A program made the position numbers and the translations under genes. Shown here in pieces: positions 48,107 through 60,100 of a stretch of 64,000 nucleotides of DNA. The stretch is from Macrostomum hystrix (taxonomy: Eukaryota; Animalia; Platyhelminthes). Under the pieces are notes generated by a model that saw only the letters and a program-made list of their open reading frames with translations, did no database searches and had not been told where the DNA came from. The DNA is taken from contig CATNEN010000038.1 of assembly GCA_950097015.1 (NCBI GenBank), positions 35,278,001-35,342,000 of the forward strand. The letters are read 5' to 3'. Every line of letters begins with the position of its first letter. The stretch's first letter is position 1.

Positions 48107-51100
48107 AATCTCAGTCCAGTAGCTTTGCAGTCCTAAAGAATCTCAGTCCAGTAGCTTTGCAGTCCTGTAGAATCTCAGTCCAGTAGGTTTGCAGTCCTGA
48201 AGAATCCCAGTCCAGTAGCTTTGCAGTCCTGTAGAATCTCAGTCCAGTAGCTTTGCAGTCCTGAAGAATCTCAGTCCAGTAGCTTTGCAGTCCTGAAGAA
48301 TCTCAGTCCAGTAGCTTTGCAGTCCTGAAGAATCTCAGTCCAGTAGCTTTGCAGTCCTGTAGAATCTCATTCCGGTAGCTTTGCAGTCCTGAAGAATGTC
48401 AGTCCATTAATTGGCTTTGCAGTCCTTAAGAATCTCAGTCCAGTAGCTTTGCAGTCCTGAAGAATCTCAGTCCAGTAGCTTTCCAGTCCTGAAGAATCTC
48501 AGTCCAGTAGCTTTGCAGTCCTGAAGAATCTCATTCCAGTAGCTTTGCAGTACTTAAGAATCTCGGTCCAGTAACTTTGCAGTCCTGAAGAATCTCATTC
48601 CAGTAGCTTTGCAGTCCTGAAGAATCCCAGTCCAGTAGCTTTGCAGTCCTGTAGAATCTCAGTCCAGTAGCTTTGCAGTCCTGAAGAATCTCAGTCCAGT
48701 AGCTTTGCAGTCCTGAAGAATCTCAGTCCTGTAGCTTTGCAGTCCTGAAGAATTTAGTCCAGTAGCTTTGCAGTTCTGAAGAATCTCAGTCCAGTAGCTT
48801 TGCAGTCCTGAAGAATCTCAGTCCAGTAGCTTTGCAGTCCTGAAGAATCTCAGTCCAGTAGCTTTGCAGTCCTGAAGAATCTCAGTCCTGTAGCTTTGCA
48901 GTCCTGAAGAATTTAGTCCAGTAGCTTTGCAGTTCTGAAGAATCTCAGTCCAGTAGCTTTGCAGTCCTGAAGAATCTCAGTCCAGTAGCTTTGCAGTCCT
49001 GAAGAATCTCAGTCCAGTAGCTTTGCAGTCCTAAAGAATCTCAGTCCAGTAGCTTTGCAGTCCTCAAGAATCTCAGTCCAGTAGCTTTGCAGTCCTGAAG
49101 AATCTCAGTCCAGTAGCTTTGCAGTCCTGAAGAATCTCAGTCCAGTAGCTTTGCAGTCCTGAAGAATCTCAGTCCAGTAGCTTTGCAGTCCTCAAGAATT
49201 TCAGTCCGGTAGCTTTGCAGTCCTGAAGAATCCCAGTCCAGTAGCTTTGCAGTCCTAAAGAATCTCAGTCCAGTAGCTTTGCAGTCCTCAAGAATCATAG
49301 TCCGGTAGCTTTGCAGTCCTGAAGAATCTCTGTCCAGTAGCTTTGCAGTCCTGTAGAATTTCAGTCCAGTAGGTTTGCAGTCCTGAAGAATCTCAGTCTA
49401 GTAGGTTTGCAGTCCTGAAGAATCTCAGTCCAGTAGGTTTGCAGCTTTAAAGAATTTAAGTCCAGTAGCTTTGCAGTCCTGAAGAATCTCACTCCAGTGG
49501 CTTTGCAATCCCGAAGAATCTTAGTCCAGTAGCTTTGCAGTCTAGAAGAATCTCAGTCTAATAGCTTTGCAGTCCTGAAGAAACTCAGTCCAGTAGGTTT
49601 GCAGTCCTGAAGAATCTCAGTCCAGTAGGTTTGCAGCCTTAAAGAATTTAAGTCCAGTAGCTTTGCAGTCCTGAAGAATCTCACTCCAGTAGCTTTGCAA
49701 TCCCGAAGAATCTCAGTCCAGTAGCTTTGCAGTTCTGAAGAATCTCAGTCCAGTAGCTTTGCAGTCTAGAAGAATCTCAGTCTAGTAGCTTTGCAGTCCT
49801 GAAGAAACTCAGTCCAGTAGCTTTGCAGTCCTGAAGAATCTCAGTCCAGTAGATTTGCAGTCCTGAAGAATCTCAGTCCAGTAGCTTTGCAGTCCTCAAG
49901 AATTTCAGTCCGGTAGCTTTGCAGTCCTGAAGAATCTCTGTCCAGTAGCTTTGCAGTCCTGTAGAATTTCAGTCCAGTAGGTTTGCAGTCCTGAAGAATC
50001 TCAGTCCAGTAGGTTTGCAGTCCTGAAGAATCTCAGTCCAGTAGGTTTGCAGCTTTAAAGAATTTAAGTCCAGTAGCTTTGCAGTCCTGAAGAATCTCAC
50101 TCCATTGGCTTTGCAATCCCGAAGAATCTCAGTCGAGTAGCTTTGCAGTTCTGAAGAATCTCAGTCCAGTAGCTTTGCAGTCTAGAAGAATCTCAGTCTA
50201 ATAGCTTTGCAGTCCTGAAGAAACTCAGTCCAGTAGCTTTGCAGTCCTGAAGAATCTCAGTCCAGTAGGTTTGCAGTCCTGAAGAATCTCACTCCAGTAG
50301 GTTTGCAGTCCTGAAGAATCCCAGTCCAGTAGGTTTGCAGCCTTAAAGAATTTAAGTCCAGTAGCTTTGCAGTCCTGAAGAATCTCACTCCAGTAGCTTT
50401 GCAATCCTGAAGAATCTCAGTCCAGTAGCTTTGCAGTTCTGAAGAATCTCAGTCCAGTAGCTTTGCAGTCTAGAAGAATCTCAGTCTAGTAGCTTTGCAG
50501 TCCTGAAGAAACTCAGTCCAGTAGCTTTGCAATCCCGAAGAATCTCATTCCAGTAGCTTTGCAGTCCTGAAGAATCTCAGTCCAGTAGCTTTGCAGTCCT
50601 GTAGAATCTCATTCCGGTAGCTTTGCAGTCCTGAAGAATCTCAGTCAGGTAGCTTTGCAGTCGTGAAGAATGTCAGTCCATTAATTGGCTTTGCAGTCCT
50701 TAAGAATCTCAGTCCAGTAGCTTTGCAGTCCTGAAGAATCTCAGTCCAGTAGCTTTCCAGTCCTGAAGAATCTCAGTCCAGTAGCTTTGCAGTCCTGAAG
50801 AATCTCAGTCCAGTAGCTTTCCAGTCCTGAAGAATCTCGATCCAGTAACTTTGCAGTCCTGAAGAATCTCATTCCAGTAGCTTTGCAGTCCTGAAGAATC
50901 CCAATCCAGTAGCTTTGCAGTCCTGTAGAATCTCAGTCCAGTAGCTTTGCAGTCCTGAAGAATCTCAGTCCAGTAGCTTTGCAGTCCTGAAGAATCTCAG
51001 TCCTGTAGCTTTGCAGTCCTGAAGAATTTAGTCCAGTAGCTTTGCAGTTCTGAAGAATCTCAGTCCAGTAGCTTTGCAGTCCTGAAGAATCTCAGTCCAG

Positions 51101-54100
51101 TAGCTTTGCAGTCCTGAAGAATCTCAGTCCAGTAGCTTTGCAGTCCTAAAGAATCTCAGTCCAGTAGCTTTGCAGTCCTTAAGAATCTCAGTCCAGTAGC
51201 TTTGCAGTTCAGAAGAATCTCAGTCCAGTAGCTTTGCAGTCCTGAAGAATCTCAGTCCAGTAGCTTTGCAGTCCTGAAGAATCTCATTCCAGTAGCTTTG
51301 CAGTCCTATAGAATTTTAGTCCGGTAGCTTTGCAGGCCTGAAGAATCCCAGTCCAGTAGCTTTGCAGTCGTGAAGAATCTCAGTCCAGTAGCTTTGCAGT
51401 CCTCAAGAATCATAGTCCGGTAGCTTTGCAGTCCTGAAGAATCTCTGTCCAGTAGCTTTGCAGTCCTGTAGAATTTCAGTCCAGTAGCTTTGCAGTCCTC
51501 AAGAATCATAGTCCGGTAGCTTTGCAGTCCTGAAGAATCTCTGTTCAGTAGCTTCGCAGTCCTGAAGAATTTCAGTCCAGTAGGTTTGCAGTCCTGAAGA
51601 ATCTAAGTCCAGTAGGTTTGCAGTCCTGAAGAATCTCAGTCCAGTAGGTTTGCAGCCTTAAAGAATTTAAGTCCAGTAGCTTTGCAGTCCTGAAGAATCT
51701 CACTCCAGTAGCTTTGCAATCCCGAAGAATCTCAGTCCAGTAGCTTTGCAGTTCTGAAGAATCTCAGTCCAGTAGCTTTGCAGTCCTGAAGAAACTCAGT
51801 CCAGTAGCTTTGCAGTCCTGAAGAATCTCAGTCCAGTAGCTTTGCAGTCCTGAAGAATCTCAGTCCGGTAGCTTTGCAGTCCTGAAGAATGTCAGTCCAT
51901 TAATTAGCTTTGCAGTTCTGAAGAATCTCAGTCCAGTAGCTTTGCAGTCCTGAAGAATCTCAGTCCAGTAGCTTTGCAGTCCTAAAGAATGTCAGTCCAG
52001 TAGCTTTGCAGCCCTAAAGAATTTCAGTCCGGTAGCTTTGCACCTCTAAAGAATCTCAGTCCAGTAGCTTTGCAGTCCTCAAGAATCTCATTCCAGTAGC
52101 TTTGCAGTCCTTAAGAATCTCAGTCCAGTAGCTTTGCAGTCCTGAAGAATCTCATTCCAGTAGCTTTGCAGTCCTTAAGAATCTCATTCCAGTAGCTTTG
52201 CAGTCCTGAAGAATCTCATTCCAGTAGCTTTGCAGTCCTGAAGAATCCCAGTCCAGTAGATTTGCAGTCCTGTAGAATCTCAGTCCAGTAGGTTTGCAGT
52301 CCTGAAGAATCCCAGTCCAGTAGCTTTGCAGTCCTGTAGAATCTCAGTCCAGTAGCTTTGCAGTCCTGAAAAATCCCAGTCCAGTAGCTTTGCAGTCCTA
52401 AAGAATCTCAGTCCAGTAGCTTTGCAATCCCGAAGAATCTCATTCCAGTAGCTTTGCAGTCCTGAAGAATCTCAGTCCAGTAGCTTTGCAGTCCTGTAGA
52501 ATCTCATTCCGGTAGCTTTGCAGTCCTGAAGAATCTCAGTCTGGTAGCTTTGCAGTCCTGAAGAATGTCAGTCCATTAATTGGCTTTGCAGTCCTTAAGA
52601 ATCTCAGTCCAGTAGCTTTGCAGTCCTGAAGAATCTCAATCCAGTAGCTTTGCAGTCCTGAAGAATCTCATTCCAGTAGCTTTGCAGTACTTAAGAATCT
52701 CGGTCCAGTAACTTTGCAGTCCTGAAGAATCTCATTCCAGTAGCTTTGCAGTCCTGAAGAATCCCAGTCCAGTAGCTTTGCAGTCCTGTAGAATCTCAGT
52801 CCAGTAGCTTTGCAGTCCTGAAGAATCTCAGTCCAGTAGCTTTGCAGTTCAGAAGAATCTCAGTCCAGTAGCTTTGCAGTCCTGAAGAATCTCAGTCCAG
52901 TAGCTTTGCAGCTCTAAAGAATCTCAGTCCAGTAGCTTTGCAGTCCTCAAGAATCTCATTCCAGTAGCTTTGCAGTCCTTAAGAATCTCAGTCCAGTAGC
53001 TTTGCAGTCCTGAAGAATCTCATTCCAGTAGCTTTGCAGTCCTTAAGAATCTCATTCCAGTAGCTTTGCAGTCCTGAAGAATCTCATTCCAGTAGCTTTG
53101 CAGTCCTGAAGAATCCCAGTCCAGTAGATTTGCAGTCCTGTAGAATCTCAGTCCAGTAGGTTTGCAGTCCTGAAGAATCCCAGTCCAGTAGCTTTGCAGT
53201 CCTGTAGAATCTCAGTCCAGTAGCTTTGCAGTCCTGAAAAATCCCAGTCCAGTAGCTTTGCAGTCCTAAAGAATCTCAGTCCAGTAGCTTTGCAATCCCG
53301 AAGAATCTCATTCCAGTAGCTTTGCAGTCCTGAAGAATCTCAGTCCAGTAGCTTTGCAGTCCTGTAGAATCTCATTCCGGTAGCTTTGCAGTCCTGAAGA
53401 ATCTCAGTCTGGTAGCTTTGCAGTCCTGAAGAATGTCAGTCCATTAATTGGCTTTGCAGTCCTTAAGAATCTCAGTCCAGTAGCTTTGCAGTCCTGAAGA
53501 ATCTCAATCCAGTAGCTTTGCAGTCCTGAAGAATTTAGTCCAGTAGCTTTGCAGTTCTGAAGAATCTCAGTCCAGTAGCTTTGCAGTCCTGAAGAATCTC
53601 AGTCCTGTAGCTTTGCAGTCCTGAAGAATTTAGTCCAGTAGCTTTGCAGTTCTGAAGAATCTCAGTCCAGTAGCTTTGCAGTCCTGAAGAATCTCAGTCC
53701 AGTAGCTTTCCAGTCCTGAAGAATCTCAGTCCAGTAGCTTTGCAGTCCTGAAGAATCTCAGTCCAGTAGCTTTGCAGTCCTGAAGAATCTCGGTCCAGTA
53801 ACTTTGCAGTCCTGAAGAATCTCAGTCCAGTAGCTTTGCAGTCCTGAAGAATCCCAATCCAGTAGCTTTGCAGTCCTGTAGAATCTCAGTCCAGTAGCTT
53901 TGCAGTCCTGAAGAATCTCAGTCCAGTAGCTTTGCAGTCCTGAAGAATCTCAGTCCTGTAGCTTTGCAGTCCTGAAGAATCTCAGTCCTGTAGCTTTGCA
54001 GTTCTGAAGAATCTCAGTCCAGTAGCTTTGCAGTCCTGAAGAATCTCAGTCCAGTAGCTTTGCAGTCCTGAAGAATCTCAGTCCAGTAGCTTTGCAGTCC

Positions 54101-57100
54101 TAAAGAATCTCAGTCCAGTAGCTTTGCAGTCCTCAAGAATCTCAGTCCAGTAGCTTTGCAGTCCTGAAGAATCTCAGTCCAGTAGCTTTGCAGTCCTGAA
54201 GAATCTCAGTCCAGTAGCTTTGCAGTCCTGAAGAATCTCAGTCCAGTAGCTTTGCAGTCCTGAAGAATCTCGGTCCAGTAACTTTGCAGTCCTGAAGAAT
54301 CTCAGTCCAGTAGCTTTGCAGTCCTGAAGAATCCCAATCCAGTAGCTTTGCAGTCCTGTAGAATCTCAGTCCAGTAGCTTTGCAGTCCTGAAGAATCTCA
54401 GTCCAGTAGCTTTGCAGTCCTGAAGAATCTCAGTCCTGTAGCTTTGCAGTCCTGAAGAATTTAGTCCAGTAGCTTTGCAGTTCTGAAGAATCTCAGTCCA
54501 GTAGCTTTGCAGTCCTGAAGAATCTCAGTCCAGTAGCTTTGCAGTCCTGAAGAATCTCAGTCCAGTAGCTTTGCAGTCCTAAAGAATCTCAGTCCAGTAG
54601 CTTTGCAGTCCTCAAGAATCTCAGTCCAGTAGCTTTGCAGTCCTGAAGAATCTCAGTCCAGTAGTTTTGCAGTCCTGAAGAATCTCAGTCCAGTAGCTTT
54701 GCAGTCCTGAAGAATCTCAGTCCAGTAGCTTTGCAGTCCTCAAGAATTTCAGTCCAGTAGCTTTGCAGTCCTTAAGAATCCCAGTCCAGTAGCTTTGCAG
54801 TCCTCAAGAATCTCAGTCCAGTAGCTTTGCAGTCCTGAAGAATCTCTGTCCAGTAGCTTTGCAGTCCTGTAGAATTTCAGTCCAGTAGCTTTGCAGTCCT
54901 CAAGAATCATAGTCCGGTAGCTTTGCAGTCCTGAAGAATCTCAGTCCAGTAGCTTTGCAGTCCTGAAGAATTTCAGTCCAGTAGGTTTGCAGTCCTGAAG
55001 AATCTCAGTCCAGTAGGTTTGCAGTCCTGAAGAATCTCAGTCCAGTAGGTTTGCAGCCTTAAAGAATTTAAGTCCAGTAGCTTTGCAGTCCTGAAGAATC
55101 TCACTCCAGTAGCTTTGCAATCCCGAAAAATCTCAGTCCAGTAGCTTTGCAGTTCTGAAGAATCTCAGTCCAGTAGCTTTGCAGTCTAGAAGAATCTCAG
55201 TCTAGTAGCTTTGCAGTTCTGAAGAATCTCAGTCCAGTAGCTTTGCAGTCTAGAAGAATCTCAGTCTAGTAGCTTTGCAGTCCTGAAGAAACTCAGTCCA
55301 GTAGCTTTGCAGTCCTGAAGAATCTCAGTCCAGTAGCTTTGCAGTCCTGAAGAATCTCAGTCCGGTAGCTTTGCAGTCCTGAAGAATGTCAGTCCATTAA
55401 TTAGCTTTGCAGTTCTGAAGAATCTCAGTCCAGTAGCTTTGCAGTCCTGAAGAATCTCAGTCCAGTAGCTTTGCAGTCCTAAAGAATGTCAGTCCAGTAG
55501 CTTTGCAGCCCTAAAGAATTTCAGTCCGGTAGCTTTGCAGCTCTAAAGAATCTCAGTCCAGTAGCTTTGCAGTCCTCAAGAATCTCAGTCCAGTAGCTTT
55601 GCAGTCCTGAAGAATCTCAGTCCAGTAGCTTTCCAGTCCTGAAGAATCTCGGTCCAGTAACTTTGCAGTCCTGAAGAATCTCAGTCCAGTAGCTTTGCAG
55701 TCCTGAAGAATCCCAATCCAGTAGCTTTGCAGTCCTGTAGAATCTCAGTCCAGTAGCTTTGCAGTCCTAAAGAATCTCAGTCCAGTAGCTTTGCAGTCCT
55801 GAAGAATCTCAGTCCTGTAGCTTTGCAGTCCTGAAGAATTTAGTCCAGTAGCTTTGCAGTTCTGAAGAATCTCAGTCCAGTAGCTTTGCAGTCCTGAAGA
55901 ATCTCAGTCCAGTAGCTTTGCAGTCCTGAAGAATCTCAGTCCAGTAGCTTAGCAGTCCTAAAGAATCTCAGTCCAGTAGCTTTGCAGTCCTCAAGAATCT
56001 CAGTCCAGTAGCTTTGCAGTCCTGAAGAATCTCAGTCCAGTAGCTTTGCAGTCCTGAAGAATCTCAGTCCAGTAGCTTTGCAGTCCTGAAGAATCTCAGT
56101 CCAGTAGCTTTGCAGTCCTCAAGAATTTCAGTCCAGTAGCTTTGCAGTCCTGAAGAATCCCAGTCCAGTAGCTTTGCAGTCGTGAAGAATCTCAGTCCAG
56201 TAGCTTTGCAGTCCTGAAGAATCTCTGTCCATTAGCTTTGCAGTCCTGCAGAATTTCAGTCCAGTAGCTTTGCAGTCCTCAAGAATCATAGTCCGGTAGC
56301 TTTGCAGTCCTGAAGAATCTCTGTCCTGTAGCTTTGCAGTCCTGAAGAATTTCAGTCCAGTAGGTTTGCAGTCCTGAAGAATCTCAGTCCAGTAGGTTTG
56401 CAGTCCTGAAGAATCTCAGTCCAGTAGGTTTGCAGCCTTAAAGAATTTAAGTCCAGTAGCTTTGCAGTCCTGAAGAATCTCACTCCAGTAGCTTTGCAAT
56501 CCCGAAGAATCTCAGTCCAGTAGCTTTGCAGTTCTAAAGAATCTCAGTCCAGTAGCTTTGCAGTCTAGAAGAATCTCAGTCTAGTAGCTTTGCAGTTCTG
56601 AAGAATCTCAGTCCAGTAGCTTTGCTGTCTAGAAGAATCTCAGTCTAGTAGCTTTGCAGTCCTGAAGAAACTCAGTCCAGTAGCTTTGCAGTCCTGAAGA
56701 ATCTCAGTCCAGTAGCTTTGCAGTCCTGAAGAATCTCAGTCCGGTAGCTTTGCAGTCCTGAAGAATGTCAGTCCATTAATTAGCTTTGCAGTTCTGAAGA
56801 ATCTCAGTCCAGTAGCTTTCCAGTCCTGAAGAATCTCAGTCCAGTAGCTTTGCAGTCCTAAAGAATGTCAGTCCAGTAGCTTTGCAGCCCTAAAGAATTT
56901 CAGTCCGGTAGCTTTGCAGCTCTAAAGAATCTCAGTCCAGTAGCTTTGCAGTCCTCAAGAATCTCATTCCAGTAGCTTTGCAGTCCTTAAGAATCTCAGT
57001 CCAGTAGCTTTGCAGTCCTGAAGAATCTCAGTCCAGTAGCTTTGCAGTCCTGAAGAATCTCAGTCCAGTAGGTTTGCAGCCTTAAAGAATTTAAGTCCAG

Positions 57101-60100
57101 TAGCTTTGCAGTCCTGAAGAATCTCACTCCAGTAGCTTTGCAATCCCGAAGAATCTCAGTCCAGTAGCTTTGCAGTTCTGAAGAATCTCAGTCCAGTAGC
57201 TTTGCAGTCCTGAAGAAACTCAGTCCAGTAGCTTTGCAGTCCTGAAGAATCTCAGTCCAGTAGCTTTGCAGTCCTGAAGAATCTCAGTCCGGTAGCTTTG
57301 CAGTCCTGAAGAATGTCAGTCCATTAATTAGCTTTGCAGTTCTGAAGAATCTCAGTCCAGTAGCTTTGCAGTCCTGAAGAATCTCAGTCCAGTAGCTTTG
57401 CAGTCCTAAAGAATGTCAGTCCAGTAGCTTTGCAGCCCTAAAGAATTTCAGTCCGGTAGCTTTGCAGCTCTAAAGAATCTCAGTCCAGTAGCTTTGCAGT
57501 CCTCAAGAATCTCATTCCAGTAGCTTTGCAGTCCTTAAGAATCTCAGTCCAGTAGCTTTGCAGTCCTGAAGAATCTCATTCCAGTAGCTTTGCAGTCCTT
57601 AAGAATCTCATTCCAGTAGCTTTGCAGTCCTGAAGAATCTCATTCCAGTAGCTTTGCAGTCCTGAAGAATCCCAGTCCAGTAGATTTGCAGTCCTGTAGA
57701 ATCTCAGTCCAGTAGGTTTGCAGTCCTGAAGAATCCCAGTCCAGTAGCTTTGCAGTCCTGTAGAATCTCAGTCCAGTAGCTTTGCAGTCCTGAAAAATCC
57801 CAGTCCAGTAGCTTTCCAGTCCTGAAGAATCTCAGTCCAGTAGCTTTGCAGTCCTGAAGAATCTCAGTCCAGTAGCTTTCCAGTCCTGAAGAATCTCGGT
57901 CCAGTAACTTTGCAGTCCTAAAGAATCTCAGTCCAGTAGCTTTGCAGTCCTGAAGAATCCCAATCCAGTAGCTTTGCAGTCCTGAAGAATCTCAGTCCAG
58001 TAGCTTTGCAGTCCTGAAGAATCCCAGTCCAGTAGCTTTGCAGTCCTGAAGAATCTCAGTCCTGTAGCTTTGCAGTCCTGAAGAATTTAGTCCAGTAGCT
58101 TTGCAGTTCTGAAGAATCTCAGTCCAGTAGCTTTGCAGTCCTGAAGAATCTCATTCCAGTAGCTTTGCAGTCCTGAAGAATCCCAGTCCAGTAGATTTGC
58201 AGTCCTGTAGAATCTCAGTCCAGTAGGTTTGCAGTCCTGAAGAATCCCAGTCCAGTAGCTTTGCAGTCCTGTAGAATCTCAGTCCAGTAGCTTTGCAGTC
58301 CTGAAAAATCCCAGTCCAGTAGCTTTGCAGTCCTAAAGAATCTCAGTCCAGTAGCTTTGCAATCCCGAAGAATCTCATTCCAGTAGCTTGGCAGTCCTGA
58401 AGAATCTCAGTCCAGTAGCTTTGCAGTCCTGTAGAATCTCATTCCGGTAGCTTTGCAGTCCTGAAGAATCTCAGTCTGGTAGCTTTGCAGTCCTAAAGAA
58501 TGTCAGTCCATTAATTGGCTTTGCAGTCCTTAAGAATCTCAGTCCAGTAGCTTTGTAGTTCTGAAGAATCTCAGTCCAGTAGCTTTGCAGTCCTGAAGAA
58601 TCTCAGTCCAGTAGCTTTGCAGTCCTAAAGAATGTCAGTCCAGTAGCTTTGCAGCCCTAAAGAATTTCAGTCCGGTAGCTTTGCAGCTCTAAAGAATCTC
58701 AGTCCAGTAGCTTTGCAGTCCTCAAGAATCTCATTCCAGTAGCTTTGCAGTCCTTAAGAATCTCAGTCCAGTAGCTTTGCAGTCCTGAAGAATCTCATTC
58801 CAGTAGCTTTGCAGTCCTTAAGAATCTCATTCCAGTAGCTTTGCAGTCCTGAAGAATCTCATTCCAGTAGCTTTGCAGTCCTGAAGAATCCCAGTCCAGT
58901 AGATTTGCAGTCCTGTAGAATCTCAGTCCAGTAGGTTTGCAGTCCTGAAGAATCCCAGTCCAGTAGCTTTGCAGTCCTGTAGAATCTCAGTCCAGTAGCT
59001 TTGCAGTCCTGAAAAATCCCAGTCCAGTAGCTTTCCAGTCCTGAAGATTCTCAGTCCAGTAGCTTTGCAGTCCTGAAGAATCTCAGTCCAGTAGCTTTCC
59101 AGTCCTGAAGAATCTCGGTCCAGTAACTTTGCAGTCCTAAAGAATCTCAGTCCAGTAGCTTTGCAGTCCTGAAGAATCCCAATCCAGTAGCTTTGCAGTC
59201 CTGTAGAATCTCAGTCCAGTAGCTTTGCAGTCCTGAAGAATCCCAGTCCAGTAGCTTTGCAGTCCTGAAGAATCTCAGTCCTGTAGCTTTGCAGTCCTGA
59301 AGAATTTAGTCCAGTAGCTTTGCAGTTCTGAAGAATCTCAGTCCAGTAGCTTTGCAGTCCTGAAGAATCTCATTCCAGTAGCTTTGCAGTCCTGAAGAAT
59401 CCCAGTCCAGTAGATTTGCAGTCCTGAAGAATCTCAGTCCAGTAGGTTTGCAGTCCTGAAGAATCCCAGTCCAGTAGCTTTGCAGTCCTGTAGAATCTCA
59501 GTCCAGTAGCTTTGCAGTCCTGAAAAATCCCAGTCCAGTAGCTTTCCAGTCCTGAAGAATCTCAGTCCAGTAGCTTTGCAGTCCTGAAGAATCTCAGTCC
59601 AGTAGCTTTCCAGTCCTGAAGAATCTCGGTCCAGTAACTTTGCAGTCCTAAAGAATCTCAGTCCAGTAGCTTTGCAGTCCTGAAGAATCCCAATCCAGTA
59701 GCTTTGCAGTCCTGTAGAATCTCAGTCCAGTAGCTTTGCAGTCCTGAAGAATCCCAGTCCAGTAGCTTTGCAGTCCTGAAGAATCTCAGTCCTGTAGCTT
59801 TGCAGTCCTGAAGAATTTAGTCCAGTAGCTTTGCAGTTCTGAAGAATCTCAGTCCAGTAGCTTTGCAGTCCTGAAGAATCTCATTCCAGTAGCTTTGCAG
59901 TCCTGAAGAATCCCAGTCCAGTAGATTTGCAGTCCTGTAGAATCTCAGTGCAGTAGGTTTGCAGTCCTGAAGAATCCCAGTCCAGTAGCTTTGCAGTCCT
60001 GTAGAATCTCAGTCCAGTAGCTTTGCAGTCCTGAAAAATCCCAGTCCAGTAGCTTTGCAGTCCTAAAGAATCTCAGTCCAGTAGCTTTGCAATCCCGAAG